A DNA stretch of 64,000 nt from Eukaryota sp. TZLM1-RC. Taxonomy: Eukaryota; Protista; Metamonada: BaSk clade. Numbering within the stretch: the stretch's first letter is position 1; every line of letters starts with the position of its first letter. The stretch lies in the NCBI GenBank assembly GCA_040285825.1, contig JAUPSS010000007.1, positions 2,640,689 to 2,704,688 of the forward strand, in the 5' to 3' direction. Below are positions 25,301 to 34,185 of this stretch, in pieces. Below the pieces are notes generated by a model. It had not been told where the DNA came from. It saw only the letters and a program-made list of their open reading frames with translations, and did not search any database. Both the position numbers and the translations under genes were made by a program.

Positions 25301-26609
25301 TGAGCTCTTCTTTTGATTGATTGAGCTCTCTTCGTAAAATCAAGTTGTCACGAACCACAACGTCTAACTGATTAGCAGAATAATAAGACGAAACATCTTC
25401 TTGAAACATTTGAAATATTTCAGAGTGAGCTTGTTGATCCTCCTTCGTGAGCTCTTCTCGTGAGTTGAGCTCATTTTTGAGTCGTGACACCTCCCCAGAC
25501 AGGTGGATTGCAAAATTTAAAATATTGGTCGCAGACTCTGAACTGATTGGACCACAATCTTTTGTCGTTAAGGGAAACATTCCTGCAAATTCTTCAATCA
25601 AAAGCTCAAAATGATCGCGTGGGGGACCAAAATGATCACGTGATCTGAAGGTAGGACTTAGTGGAATTTTTGTATCATACAGCCCGTCAATTTTGTCAAT
25701 CAAATGATTAGACTTCCCGAATACTTGACTGTTGCTTAATTTAGAAACAGGCGAATAAACCTCCACCACATCACCTTCCTCTTCTTCCGCTGTAAAACCA
25801 TCTCTCGGCCCTAACCCTAACCCTAGGGTTGGTTTGGTTGGTCTTGATTCAGGCAGAGGAGACTCAAATTCAACAAAATGCTCCTGTACGTTTGAAGGCT
25901 TAAAAAAAGATTTGGTTGGAGTTGTTGAAGTTAAATCAGTTCGGGTCATAAATGGAGACTTGGCAAGACTTTTACGTTGATTTTCAAGGGTTATTTGGAA
26001 GATTTGAGTTAAAATAGAAGTATCCTGGATAAGAGTCAATCTCAAATCAAGTGTCCTCAAACTCTTGTTCTTCTTCAACGACGTTAACATGGCCCTTCCA
26101 CCTGCGTCACCAATGGGGTTATGGAAGAGAGAAAGATATATGAGAGAAGAAGATTCAATGGAAGCGGCAAGGGAAGAAGCACCAGTGTTACTGATTTCAT
26201 TGTCACGAAGGTCGAGTCGGCGTAGGGAAGGAAGGGATTGGATGAGATGGGCTAGAGCAATGGCCCCACTGTCCCCAATGGCGTTTTGAGCAAGAAGCAG
26301 AGCTCGAAGAGGAGGAGCCGATGGTTGGGAAAAAGAAGTGAGAAGAGACTGGCATCCCTCATCACCTATTGAGTTTTGACCAAGGTCCAAGGATTCAAGA
26401 GCAGGGGGATAGCAACCATGCAGAAGGTTCAAACCGGAAGACCCAAGATTGGAGGACCAAAGGTCAATAGTCACAAGCGTGGATGCATCAGGCAATAGTT
26501 CTGAAAGGGATTTTAGAGTTTTCGTTGAAAGAGAATAAAAGCGTAGATCCAAAGATGGGAGCTTGTCACGTTCTAGTAGGTGACAGACAGATATGATCTG
26601 GTCTGTCAT
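22317..26609 (-). CDS. Ribonuclease-inhibitor-type LRR protein with very long coiled-coil tail
   Basis: N-terminal LRRs (LESLDLGQNSIGDEG, LRRLDLRDNEISNTG, LSLFHNPIGDAG) are followed by about 950 aa of coiled coil. The first ATG (MTDQII) is at 26609; the track start at 26678 is a TTG. Confidence 0.85.
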   Translation of the reverse strand: MTDQIISVCHLLERDKLPSLDLRFYSLSTKTLKSLSELLPDASTLVTIDLWSSNLGSSGLNLLHGCYPPALESLDLGQNSIGDEGCQSLLTSFSQPSAPPLRALLLAQNAIGDSGAIALAHLIQSLPSLRRLDLRDNEISNTGASSLAASIESSSLIYLSLFHNPIGDAGGRAMLTSLKKNKSLRTLDLRLTLIQDTSILTQIFQITLENQRKSLAKSPFMTRTDLTSTTPTKSFFKPSNVQEHFVEFESPLPESRPTKPTLGLGLGPRDGFTAEEEEGDVVEVYSPVSKLSNSQVFGKSNHLIDKIDGLYDTKIPLSPTFRSRDHFGPPRDHFELLIEEFAGMFPLTTKDCGPISSESATNILNFAIHLSGEVSRLKNELNSREELTKEDQQAHSEIFQMFQEDVSSYYSANQLDVVVRDNLILRRELNQSKEELMSRQQELDDFQSILVNKELELTDLSLQLKESQSSIDQLYQELSEELTLAEVYKGGLVERSDAMSYAIEGLYKSRVENEVEKERLEILKGELEILSEEISADQLDVRRHWEEITVKEGQLVEAQETLDDEKFEFEEFKTSFEHQCFEKEQKLALFSQQLDALQEDLDEKEQKLALFSQQLDARQEDLDEKEQKLALFSQQLDARQEDLDEKEQKLALFSQQLDARQEDLDEKEQKLALFSQQLDARQEDLDEKEQKLALFSQQLDARQEDLDEKEQKLALFSQQLDARQEDLDEKEQKLALFSQQLDARQEDLAEKEQKLALFSQQLDARQEDLDEKEQKLALFSQQLDARQEDLDEKEQKLALFSQQLDARQEDLAEKEQKLVCLENKEQTLVSEREFLEHRSEEIKSLEESVRLEQGFIKNQLSELEQKKHQFHDLEEFSTELNSKESNLKDLESELLEKSFELIQKEQEIKQRSLLLEEEFSKLKEQQIESDNINEELSREQSVLNQRSQELNKKETYLNNCGLLVDQKKEELIDFESEIIARESVVRSQEDRLIELEEELANQQLALQSNQTDIQQSIHQSPSVLFYEGKGVSLENFANHLLISSASLAFEDFHLEQLRVDVFEKQSNLIDLESRLETETEDLDVKCDRLVVFEGELQQRDEHLTKCQQELEGLKSNLINLEDELNKNKIELEESRKELDNRSNELSKKEESVRQSLLDLETYKERVKNELCQEKSKADDVLYERQALESERKEFEQMKTAETAKIKYELLEIEQKHSNINSLKAQLKEKFEQLSQKDNQLKQYGERLKDQFHLIKEKSIKLHLKEKELNQFSNSLGNFDGSELSRLLFDLLETMHSFNDFEHSIDESIIAPDNVSLNFSNVVAFVTAVCSFLSQVSLEISHDRCALSKKREQLELAESKTRGVISSVLELSNQIKRVDQYNQSQHGSSSEFNTSQEIGNDLSLSRKLEREAFLAEFESIRNLTRTYRGEV
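24156..24866 (-). repeat. Coding minisatellite, 11 x 63 bp (EKEQKLALFSQQLDARQEDLD)
   Basis: Near-identical 63-nt units visible directly; 21 aa equals three heptads. Confidence 0.97.
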
Positions 26610-26679
26610 GTGAATCGAAGGAAAACTACTGTGAATTTCTATCAAAACGCACTTCTGGCTTTTGACCAATTCATGCAAT

Positions 26680-26830
26680 CTTGATAGACGTTAAGCTTAC
26701 TTTAGATCTATCACTATATGATATCACGATCAAATGATAGTTAAAGCAGCAACATCACAATACGCGTACAGGTACGCAATACATGGAATGACACTTATCT
26801 ATGGGGTCTTCGGAACGCCTCAGGTCTTTC
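26680..26830 (-). ncRNA. Candidate Fanzor omegaRNA (scaffold plus guide); boundaries uncertain
   Basis: Lies immediately 3' of the Fanzor stop codon, the established omegaRNA location. Minus-strand hairpins: GCGTA-cctg-TACGC (26764-26777), CTATCAT...GTGATAG (26708-26740) and an alternative TGATAGAT...GTCTATCA (26682-26712). Confidence 0.45.
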
Positions 26831-28857
26831 ATTGTAGTAGTGCTCACTTGTGGCAATCTCCAGTTGATTTCTGGAAGCTGAGATGTCCCTCGACCAGAGT
26901 GTCTGACATTGAGGGCATACAAACTTATCATTGTGCACCCTCCCATCATCGTGATACAACTTTTGATTGAATACTTTACAGCAATTCGTTTTGTCAGATG
27001 TGTAGAATTCATCTCCATTAGGCTTCACATATTTAAAATGTTTCTGAATCTCCTTCAAAAAGCGCTTCCTTGGGGTTTTCACAGATTGTCTTGATGGCCC
27101 ATCACCTCCACTACCAAACCAAATTATGGTTTCTCTTCCATTAGCCATTAGTTTAATTTTTTCAATTAATCCCATTATCCTTTTTTGCCTTCTTATAAAG
27201 AAATCAAACTTGTTGCGGCGCAGGGCTCGGCGATCTCCATTTATCAGCAGTTGGTCTAGTATAGTTCTCGGACGGAAGACGGGATTGCTGATTTCTTCCT
27301 GTGTCGGTACCCACATCAAAGGCATTGCTACTTCATTAAGATATTTGTGTAAATTCTTAGCAAAATAGCAATTTGGTGATGCATGGGTCAGGACCGGGGG
27401 GTGAATGATCTTCTTTGCGTTTGGATTCAGAACAAGGCTCGAAAGTTGATGATCAACATTGTTATTATCAATTCTTGATCCAATTGAATAACCACACAAA
27501 TTTTTGTGATTAGGATCAATTGCACAAAATGAATATTCAATTGGATCAACTGGCGGAGGCTCATAGGCGTCGTCAGTTCTTCGACGTTGCCTAGGACGAA
27601 CCTGTTGTTGAAGTCTAGAGTTTCGCTTCCGACTCTTTGCAGGCATATCGAGTTCACCACTGGCTATGGTGGTTGCCACTTCTCTGGCTGTCCGGCGATT
27701 CTTATTTTTTTTGGGGGCAAAAGAAAAAGTGAAGCGGATTGAAACAGCATCTGAACTGATTGTGTAAGTCAGATACTTCTTTTTTCTGAAAAATGCAAAC
27801 GGATCTTTCAGCAGACAGCGGTTGGCATTAAAAGAGAGAAAATGCTTTTCCAGTTGTTGACTAAAAGAGATAAATCCAGGTGAATAACTAGGGGATGGGG
27901 ACACGGCATTTCTTCGCATGGTGTCAGATGCAATATTTTCCAGAAAGGATAAAATATTTAGCCCAGCAGTGAATAAGAAGGTGATGTTGTCTGGACTGAG
28001 ATCAACATTGTCCAGCATCAACATAGCGTCAAAACGATGAGGGTCGGCAACCTGCTGAATAAATAGGTCCATTATGTACTCATGGTGACCTTCATCATAC
28101 CATGCGCGCAAAGAGTCAGGAATAGTGGCTGCAGTCGTGTTCACCACTAATGAAGCATATTTCTTTGGGCAAGGGCACTCAAAGAAGGTAGCCATTGTCC
28201 GGAAGAAGTTCAGCTTCCAGGAGACAGGGCCATCAGTAAGTATTTGACAAAAGCTGTTCGCCATTTGCAGTGCGCGAAAGCTTCTAATGTCAGAGTGGCA
28301 CCAGTTGTCGGTTCCCTTCTGAAAGCCAATAGGAGGAAACGGCCAGCCAGGTCGGAAAGAGACATCATATAGTGCGCGGTACACTTCCATATGATTCTCG
28401 AATGGGCGTCTCACAGTCGGGTGAGGTACCATTACAAAGTCTTGACATTGATACCAAAACTGTTGTTGATATAACCAGAAAGCCATTTCCGGATATTGCA
28501 GGACAAACAGCTGTGCTAACCGGGCAGTAAGCACAGTGACAGTTCGAATATAGCGAAACTGTCTTTCCATTGAAACAAGAGCTGCAGTAGAGCAGAACTG
28601 AGCAGCACTTGCTGGAACTGTCGTCTTGCTGTCGTTTATTGGTTGCTCACGACGGTTAACCTCCCAGGGGAGTACACGCCCTCGACGTGGCAACTCTGGA
28701 TTTGCCATTGGGGTGAATATGTCAGTCGAGAAAAGATCAGACAGTCAACAATACAAATTTGATTTATTCACAACTTCTTACATCTATACAAATACAAAGC
28801 CTGAGCAAAATGATAATTAAACACTATAATACGTGATATTTAAGCTGCCGCAACTAT
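26737..28857 (-). mobile_element. Putative non-autonomous Fanzor-carrying DNA transposon
   Basis: Imperfect inverted termini: ATAGTTaaaGCAGCaacATCAC (26737-26758) versus the reverse complement of 28833-28857, ATAGTTgcgGCAGCttaaatATCAC. TA at 26738-39 and 28855-56 could be a target-site duplication. No transposase lies inside. Confidence 0.5.
26795..28708 (-). CDS. Fanzor (Fanzor1-like) RNA-guided RuvC endonuclease, eukaryotic TnpB homolog, 637 aa
   Basis: Motifs in order: ISSDAVSIRF (TDG-like WED motif), RuvC-I FCAIDPN, helix RRNKFDFFIRRQK, IIWFGSGG (Gly at the canonical RuvC-II Glu position), displaced catalytic Glu in GDEFYTSDK, Cys pairs NCC...CPQC, and RuvC-III WSRDISASRNQ near the C-terminus. 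The ORF is uninterrupted and intronless. Confidence 0.88.
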   Translation of the reverse strand: MANPELPRRGRVLPWEVNRREQPINDSKTTVPASAAQFCSTAALVSMERQFRYIRTVTVLTARLAQLFVLQYPEMAFWLYQQQFWYQCQDFVMVPHPTVRRPFENHMEVYRALYDVSFRPGWPFPPIGFQKGTDNWCHSDIRSFRALQMANSFCQILTDGPVSWKLNFFRTMATFFECPCPKKYASLVVNTTAATIPDSLRAWYDEGHHEYIMDLFIQQVADPHRFDAMLMLDNVDLSPDNITFLFTAGLNILSFLENIASDTMRRNAVSPSPSYSPGFISFSQQLEKHFLSFNANRCLLKDPFAFFRKKKYLTYTISSDAVSIRFTFSFAPKKNKNRRTAREVATTIASGELDMPAKSRKRNSRLQQQVRPRQRRRTDDAYEPPPVDPIEYSFCAIDPNHKNLCGYSIGSRIDNNNVDHQLSSLVLNPNAKKIIHPPVLTHASPNCYFAKNLHKYLNEVAMPLMWVPTQEEISNPVFRPRTILDQLLINGDRRALRRNKFDFFIRRQKRIMGLIEKIKLMANGRETIIWFGSGGDGPSRQSVKTPRKRFLKEIQKHFKYVKPNGDEFYTSDKTNCCKVFNQKLYHDDGRVHNDKFVCPQCQTLWSRDISASRNQLEIATSEHYYNERPEAFRRPHR

Positions 28858-29029
28858 TTTCTTTCTTGAAAGGGTTACAGTTGAAGGAGTTTTCTCGGTG
28901 ATAACAGTAGCATATCCAATCAAGAAAACGTGTTGTTTTAATGAGTTTGTATAAAGTTTATTTTCATAATGGGATCAACTTGACACTTCTTTAATCTTGA
29001 AATAGAAACCACTCAACCTAACAATGACT

Positions 29030-29232
29030 CTTGACAGGACAACATTCACAACCTCCTTCGTGACCCTGGTACCTCTACCATCCTGTCTTGTCCTGTGTCC
29101 TTAACTTCCCTCAACGTCAGCGGAAACAACATTTCTGACTCCCTTACACCTACAATTGTCTCGTTCCTAACTATTAATAGTACGCTAACCACATTCGCTC
29201 TTGGCCTTTCTTCTAGGAACCAACCTAAATAG
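29030..29232 (+). pseudogene. Short LRR gene fragment
   Basis: Translates as SLTSLNVSGNNISDSLTPTIVSFLTINSTLTTFALG followed by a stop; no complete ORF. Confidence 0.45.
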
Positions 29233-29661
29233 ACAAAAGCTTGATTTCAATGGAATTATCCGTTCTTGTTGACAATGTTATTATTGTACTTTTGACGCAA
29301 ATACCAAGCCCAAACAGCAACAATACCACCTAGCACAAGACCACAAACAATGTCTCCCACATGGTGATGATTGTCAATGTTTCTGTCAATGCATCTAAAG
29401 GTACCGTTTTCAGAACCAGGAGATTACTCGTTGTGTTCACAAGAACGAACTGTTTGCAGTTGTGACTTTCATATCAACTTTGGTCTAAGCAATATTGTTG
29501 GTGGTATAAATAACCTCTACTGTGACCCATCTTGCTGAAGATGAATATAATAGTGAATTTGAAAATACTTAAATTTTGCGGGGAATTGATTAATCTATCT
29601 CGTTTCCCATGATTTAGAAAATTTCTTAATTAATAAAAAAAGTATTGCTGCAACAGGCACC

Positions 29662-29790
29662 TTTTAAAACTTAACCGAAAACCTTAACTAATGCTTTTAC
29701 CTACTAAAAACCCCATCAATTGAATGACGGGAGGCTTTCGCTATTTACTTGAATAAGAACTAGTTTGTTATAAAACTCCGTTATGTTGAT
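29662..29790 (-). repeat. Isolated 3' end of CRE-like family D (direct repeat of about 29858-29982)
   Basis: TTTTAAA(A)CTTAACC...CCCCATCAATTGAATGACGGGA...GTTATAAAACTCCGT.ATGTT occurs twice, about 195 bp apart. Confidence 0.8.
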
Positions 29791-29857
29791 CAAGAAGGAC
29801 AACTAGAAGCTGTTGATTTTTTGTAGTAAAATATTTTATTCTGGAAACAGAGACATT

Positions 29858-31445
29858 TTTAAACTTAACCAGAAACCTTAACTAAAGCTTTTACCTACTC
29901 AAACCCCATCAATTGAATGACGGGACATTTTCACTATTCACTTGAATAGCAACTCGCTTGTTATAAAACTCCGTAATGTTATTCAAAATGGAGTTAATAT
30001 AACGAGGAAGAGCTTTAAATAACGAAAATACAATTCTGTTCTTCCAAATAAAAAAATCGAGAGTACGATTATTTTCTTTGAGAAGATTTCCTAAGTCATC
30101 TAAAAAATTAGGACCTTCAGTTCCAAGGGTATACAGTACATTAAAACAAGTTTCAAGGGTACCAAATTTTTGGAAGTAGCAATTGGGACAAATTTGATGT
30201 TTCTGCCTCTTGCTCCATTAAAACGTTGTAGAAGGGCTTCGTACTTTGATTTCTTGAAAGCTCTGCAACTTTGAGTAAATGTCGAATGTCAGAATTGCAA
30301 CTTCTGTTCCATGGAGACACAGTAGTACATTCGATAATTAGTTCAGTTCCATCATACCAAGCACATTGAATATCACTTCGTTTTTTGCTCAAACTGATAT
30401 TTAATTCATCAAAAAGTGGTTCTAAACGAGGATGATGAGCACATTTTAACAGATCATAAATACAATCACGAACTGCATTGTGGATAATTGATTTTTTTGT
30501 GTACATTTAGAGCAGGAAATAAGGTGATTAAAAGAACCATATGCACCACATTTACATTTCATATTTGATAAACATTGTGGAGGGAGGAACTTCAGTCCGA
30601 TTCAGATGACTGCTAAAAATTGAATATCTGAGAGCAATAGTCAAAATCTACGAGGAATTTGAGTTATCAAACAAGATGCACTATTTTGAAAAGAATTCAC
30701 ACTATCCAAAGAAGTCAAAAACAATTATAAAGAAAAATCACTGGAGTTGTTAGCCATGCTTCTTTGGTTGTTCACTGATTCTGCCTCTAAATAATTAATA
30801 ATCTTCATCTGTAGTTTGGGAACTGTTCACAAAAACCTTAATAAATCTTTGATTTCAATTGAGTTAAAGTCAAGTTTTGCAGAAAATAATGATTTTTAGA
30901 AGTCATTCGAATAATTTTCTAAAAAGGTACGCAAAAATATCATTACAAATGAAGTAGAATTATGTGCTGAATAATTCCACTGATGAGGAAACCGTAGCGC
31001 AAGTTCAAATAAGAAATTCTAGATTCCACCTTGAAACGCAGCATTTGATAAAATGAATGAACGAGTTTGGCCAATACCACCGTAATTATGGGATCTAAAA
31101 GCATGAAAGGGAATATCATCAATATTATTGATGTTCAGTACTGAACCCAAAAATTGAGTTCTCTTAGACAAAAACTGTTTGACATATTGGGTGCTCAAAA
31201 TTGGAGGAATGGAAGGAATCAAGTGGTTAATTTTTGAACCAAAACATAACCTATCAACAAGAAATTTGTTATGCTTCTTAGAAATCAAGTTCTCAATTTG
31301 ATCGAGTTCAGCTAAAGCTTTTTCAACTTTTTGTTCAAGTGATTGAGAAGTACAATCCTCATTACCTATTAATGTTCCCAACAACTCAATACAATCATCA
31401 TCATAATTGACAAATGGCAATTCGATTCCCTCAATAGAAATACAA
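29858..31445 (-). mobile_element. CRE-like retrotransposon family D, decayed and 5'-truncated
   Basis: IELLGTLIG, LCFGSKINHL, YGGIG, HNAVRD...EP, KRSDI...IIECTTV, and a downstream WKNRIVF-type tail; multiple frameshifts. Confidence 0.8.
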
Positions 31446-31919
31446 TCAAAGTTCAAGATTAATTCGAGAAGTCAAACTTGCAAACAATTTTTTTGTAGTT
31501 GTAATAATGGTTGAAATTCCAACAACAAATTCTGACAATCCACAAGGAATCCTAATTTGTTGAGACAAGGCCAGCGTAGTGTTAATTTTTTTGTTTGTTT
31601 CATCATTTGTCGTTTTGTGAATTGCATCTTGTTTCGTATCATAAATTGTTCTGTAAAAAAATTGATGACAAAAAAAGCTCACATTATTTTAATGTTCAAC
31701 AATTGTATTTCAATCATAATGAGATGGTGTTGAAAGTGTTGGATTTCATTCGCTAATAAATACTTATAAATTAAAAAAAAACTTAATACTATTAAGTTTG
31801 CAGTTAGGACTTGAGTGAATGACCATATTGGTTATTCAGATTCGTCATATTAGAAAAAAAAGAAAAGGCAAAAAAAAGAACTATAATTTATTCGGAAAGT
31901 TAAAAACCACAGACACTAT

Positions 31920-34137
31920 TTACATTTTTCCATGGAAGGTTCTTTCAATAACTTCTTCTTGTTGAGCACGAGTCAAACGGTTGAAGTTAACAGCATACCC
32001 AGAAACTCTGATGGTGAGTTGAGGGTACTTTTCGGGATGATCCATGGCGTCCATAAGGACTTCCTTACGAACACAATTGACGTTGATATGGAATCCACTA
32101 GATTGGAAGTATCCATCAAGCATGGCACTAAGGTTACTGACTTGTTCATTGTCAGCTTTTCCGAGGGCAGATGGGAGAATTGAGAAAGTGTTGGAAATAC
32201 CGTCACGACAGTCATCATAGCGGATCTTGGCAACAGAGTTCAAAGAAGCAATAGCACCAGACTTATCTTTTTGGGAAGAAGGGTTGGCTCCAGGAGCAAA
32301 AGCGTCTCCCTTACGGCGACCGTCAGGGGTGTTACCAGTCTTGCGGCCATAGACAACATTAGAGGTAATGGTAAGAATGGAGAGAGTGTGAGTTGCGTTA
32401 CGATATGTGGGGTTCTTGCGGATACGTTCAATAAATTGGTGACAGAGATCCACAGTAATGGAATCAGCACGATCATCGTCATTACCATAGCAAGGGAATT
32501 CGCCTTCAGTCTTGAAATCAACAATGATACCAGATTCATTTCTGATGGGGTATACCTTAGCATACTTGATGGCAGAAAGGGAATCAGCAACATGGGAGAG
32601 ACCAGCAATACCGAAAGCCATAAGACGTTCTACATAGGTATCATGGAAAGCCATCATAGCAGATTCATAACAATACTTGTCATGAGAATAGTGAATGGCA
32701 TTCATGGTGTTGACGTAAAGTTCAGTAAGCCAATCCATGTATTTCAAGAAGTGTTCCCAGACGGCGTTGTATTCAAGAGGACCGTCACCTTCCATGGAAC
32801 CGAATTGAGGACCAACTTGTTGACCAGTGACTTCATCAATACCATTATTGAAGGAATATAGCAACAACTTAGCAAGATTACATCTAGCACCAAAGAATTG
32901 CTTTTGCTTTCCGAGGCTCATAGCAGAAACACAGCAAGCAATACCGTAGTCAGATCCAAAGATTGGTCTCATGAGATCATCATTTTCGTATTGGATAGAT
33001 GAAGTATCAATAGAAACCTTGGAACAGAAGTCCTTGAAAGTTTGGGGAAGAGAAGGAGACCAGAGAATGGTGATATTGGGTTCAGGAGCGGGTCCAAGAT
33101 TGTAGAGAGTTTGAAGAATACGGTAGGTAGTTCTGGTAACCATATGGTTTCCACTTTGATCCAAACCACCCAAGACAATAGTAACCCAGGTAGGATCACC
33201 GGCGAAAAGATCGTTGTATTCGGGAGTTCTTAAGTGGCGTACCAAACGGAGCTTAATAACAAAATGATCAATGAATTCTTGAACTTGTTCTTCAGTGAAT
33301 TTTCCACTAGCGAGATCACGTTCAATGTAAATATCAAAGAAAGCATCGGGGCGACCGAAAGACATAGCAGCACCATCTTGTTGCTTGATGGCTGAAAGGT
33401 AGGCGAAATAAGTCCATTGGATGGCTTCTTGAGCGTTTTCGGCAGGACGAGATAAGTCAAAACCATAGATCTCTCCCATCTTTTTAATTTGCTTAAGAGC
33501 CTTGATTTGTTCAGAAACCTCTTCATGGAGGCGCATAGTGTCTTCAAGCATAGTTTTGGGAAGATTGGCCTTATCAGCTTGCTTTTCTTGGATGAGACGA
33601 TCAATACCGTAAAGAGCTAATCTTCTGTAATCACCAATAATACGTCCACGGCCATAACCGTCTGGGAGACCGGTGATAATTCCTGCCTTTCTGGCGGTTC
33701 TCATTTCTGCGGTGTAAATGTCAAAAACACCATCATTGTGAGTTTTGGCATACTCGGTGAAGATTTTTTCGGTTTCAGAGTCCATTTTGTAACCATAAGA
33801 TTCACTGAGATAAATGATGAGTAGTTAAAACATACCATGCGGTAGCGGTGATTCTGACACCACCCTGACATTTCATGGTTCTTTGGAGAGGAGCTTCACC
33901 TTGGAAACCAACGATGCTTTCCTTTTCCTTATCGATGTAACCTGCACCATGAGAGGTGAGAGTACTGGGACGGACGGTATCAAGATCGAGTACACCCTTC
34001 TTGATTTCCTCCTTAAGAAGTTCAGCAGTCTTGGCCATAAGGTCCTTGGTGTTCTGGGTAGCACCAGCTAAGAAGGAGGTGTCTCCATCATAGCGTTTGA
34101 TGTTTTCAGCAATGTAGGATGCAACGTCAATTGGCAT
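31920..34137 (-). CDS. pflB: Pyruvate formate-lyase (glycyl radical enzyme); exons 34137..33836 and 33804..31920
   Basis: A 31-nt GTATG...TCAG intron (33805..33835) joins [14 protein letters not shown] in frame. Motifs [17 protein letters not shown], catalytic IACCVS and glycyl-radical loop RVSGYAV are present. Confidence 0.97.
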
Positions 34138-34185
34138 TTGAAAAATGTACAAAATACCAATTCTGGAACTTTAGAGATAAAAAAA

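Noticed and set aside
25810-25831. CCCTAA telomere-like repeats
   Set aside because: Only about three units, inside an intact CDS where they encode LGLGLG.
26679-28869. TCTTGA direct repeat as an alternative TSD for the Fanzor element
   Set aside because: A 6-bp AT-rich match with no matching inverted termini just inside it; weaker than the 26737/28857 boundary, though not excluded.
31932-33604. Several overlapping ORFs of up to 196 aa across PFL, and similar ones across ald
   Set aside because: Off-frame and antisense shadows caused by biased codon usage; no motifs.
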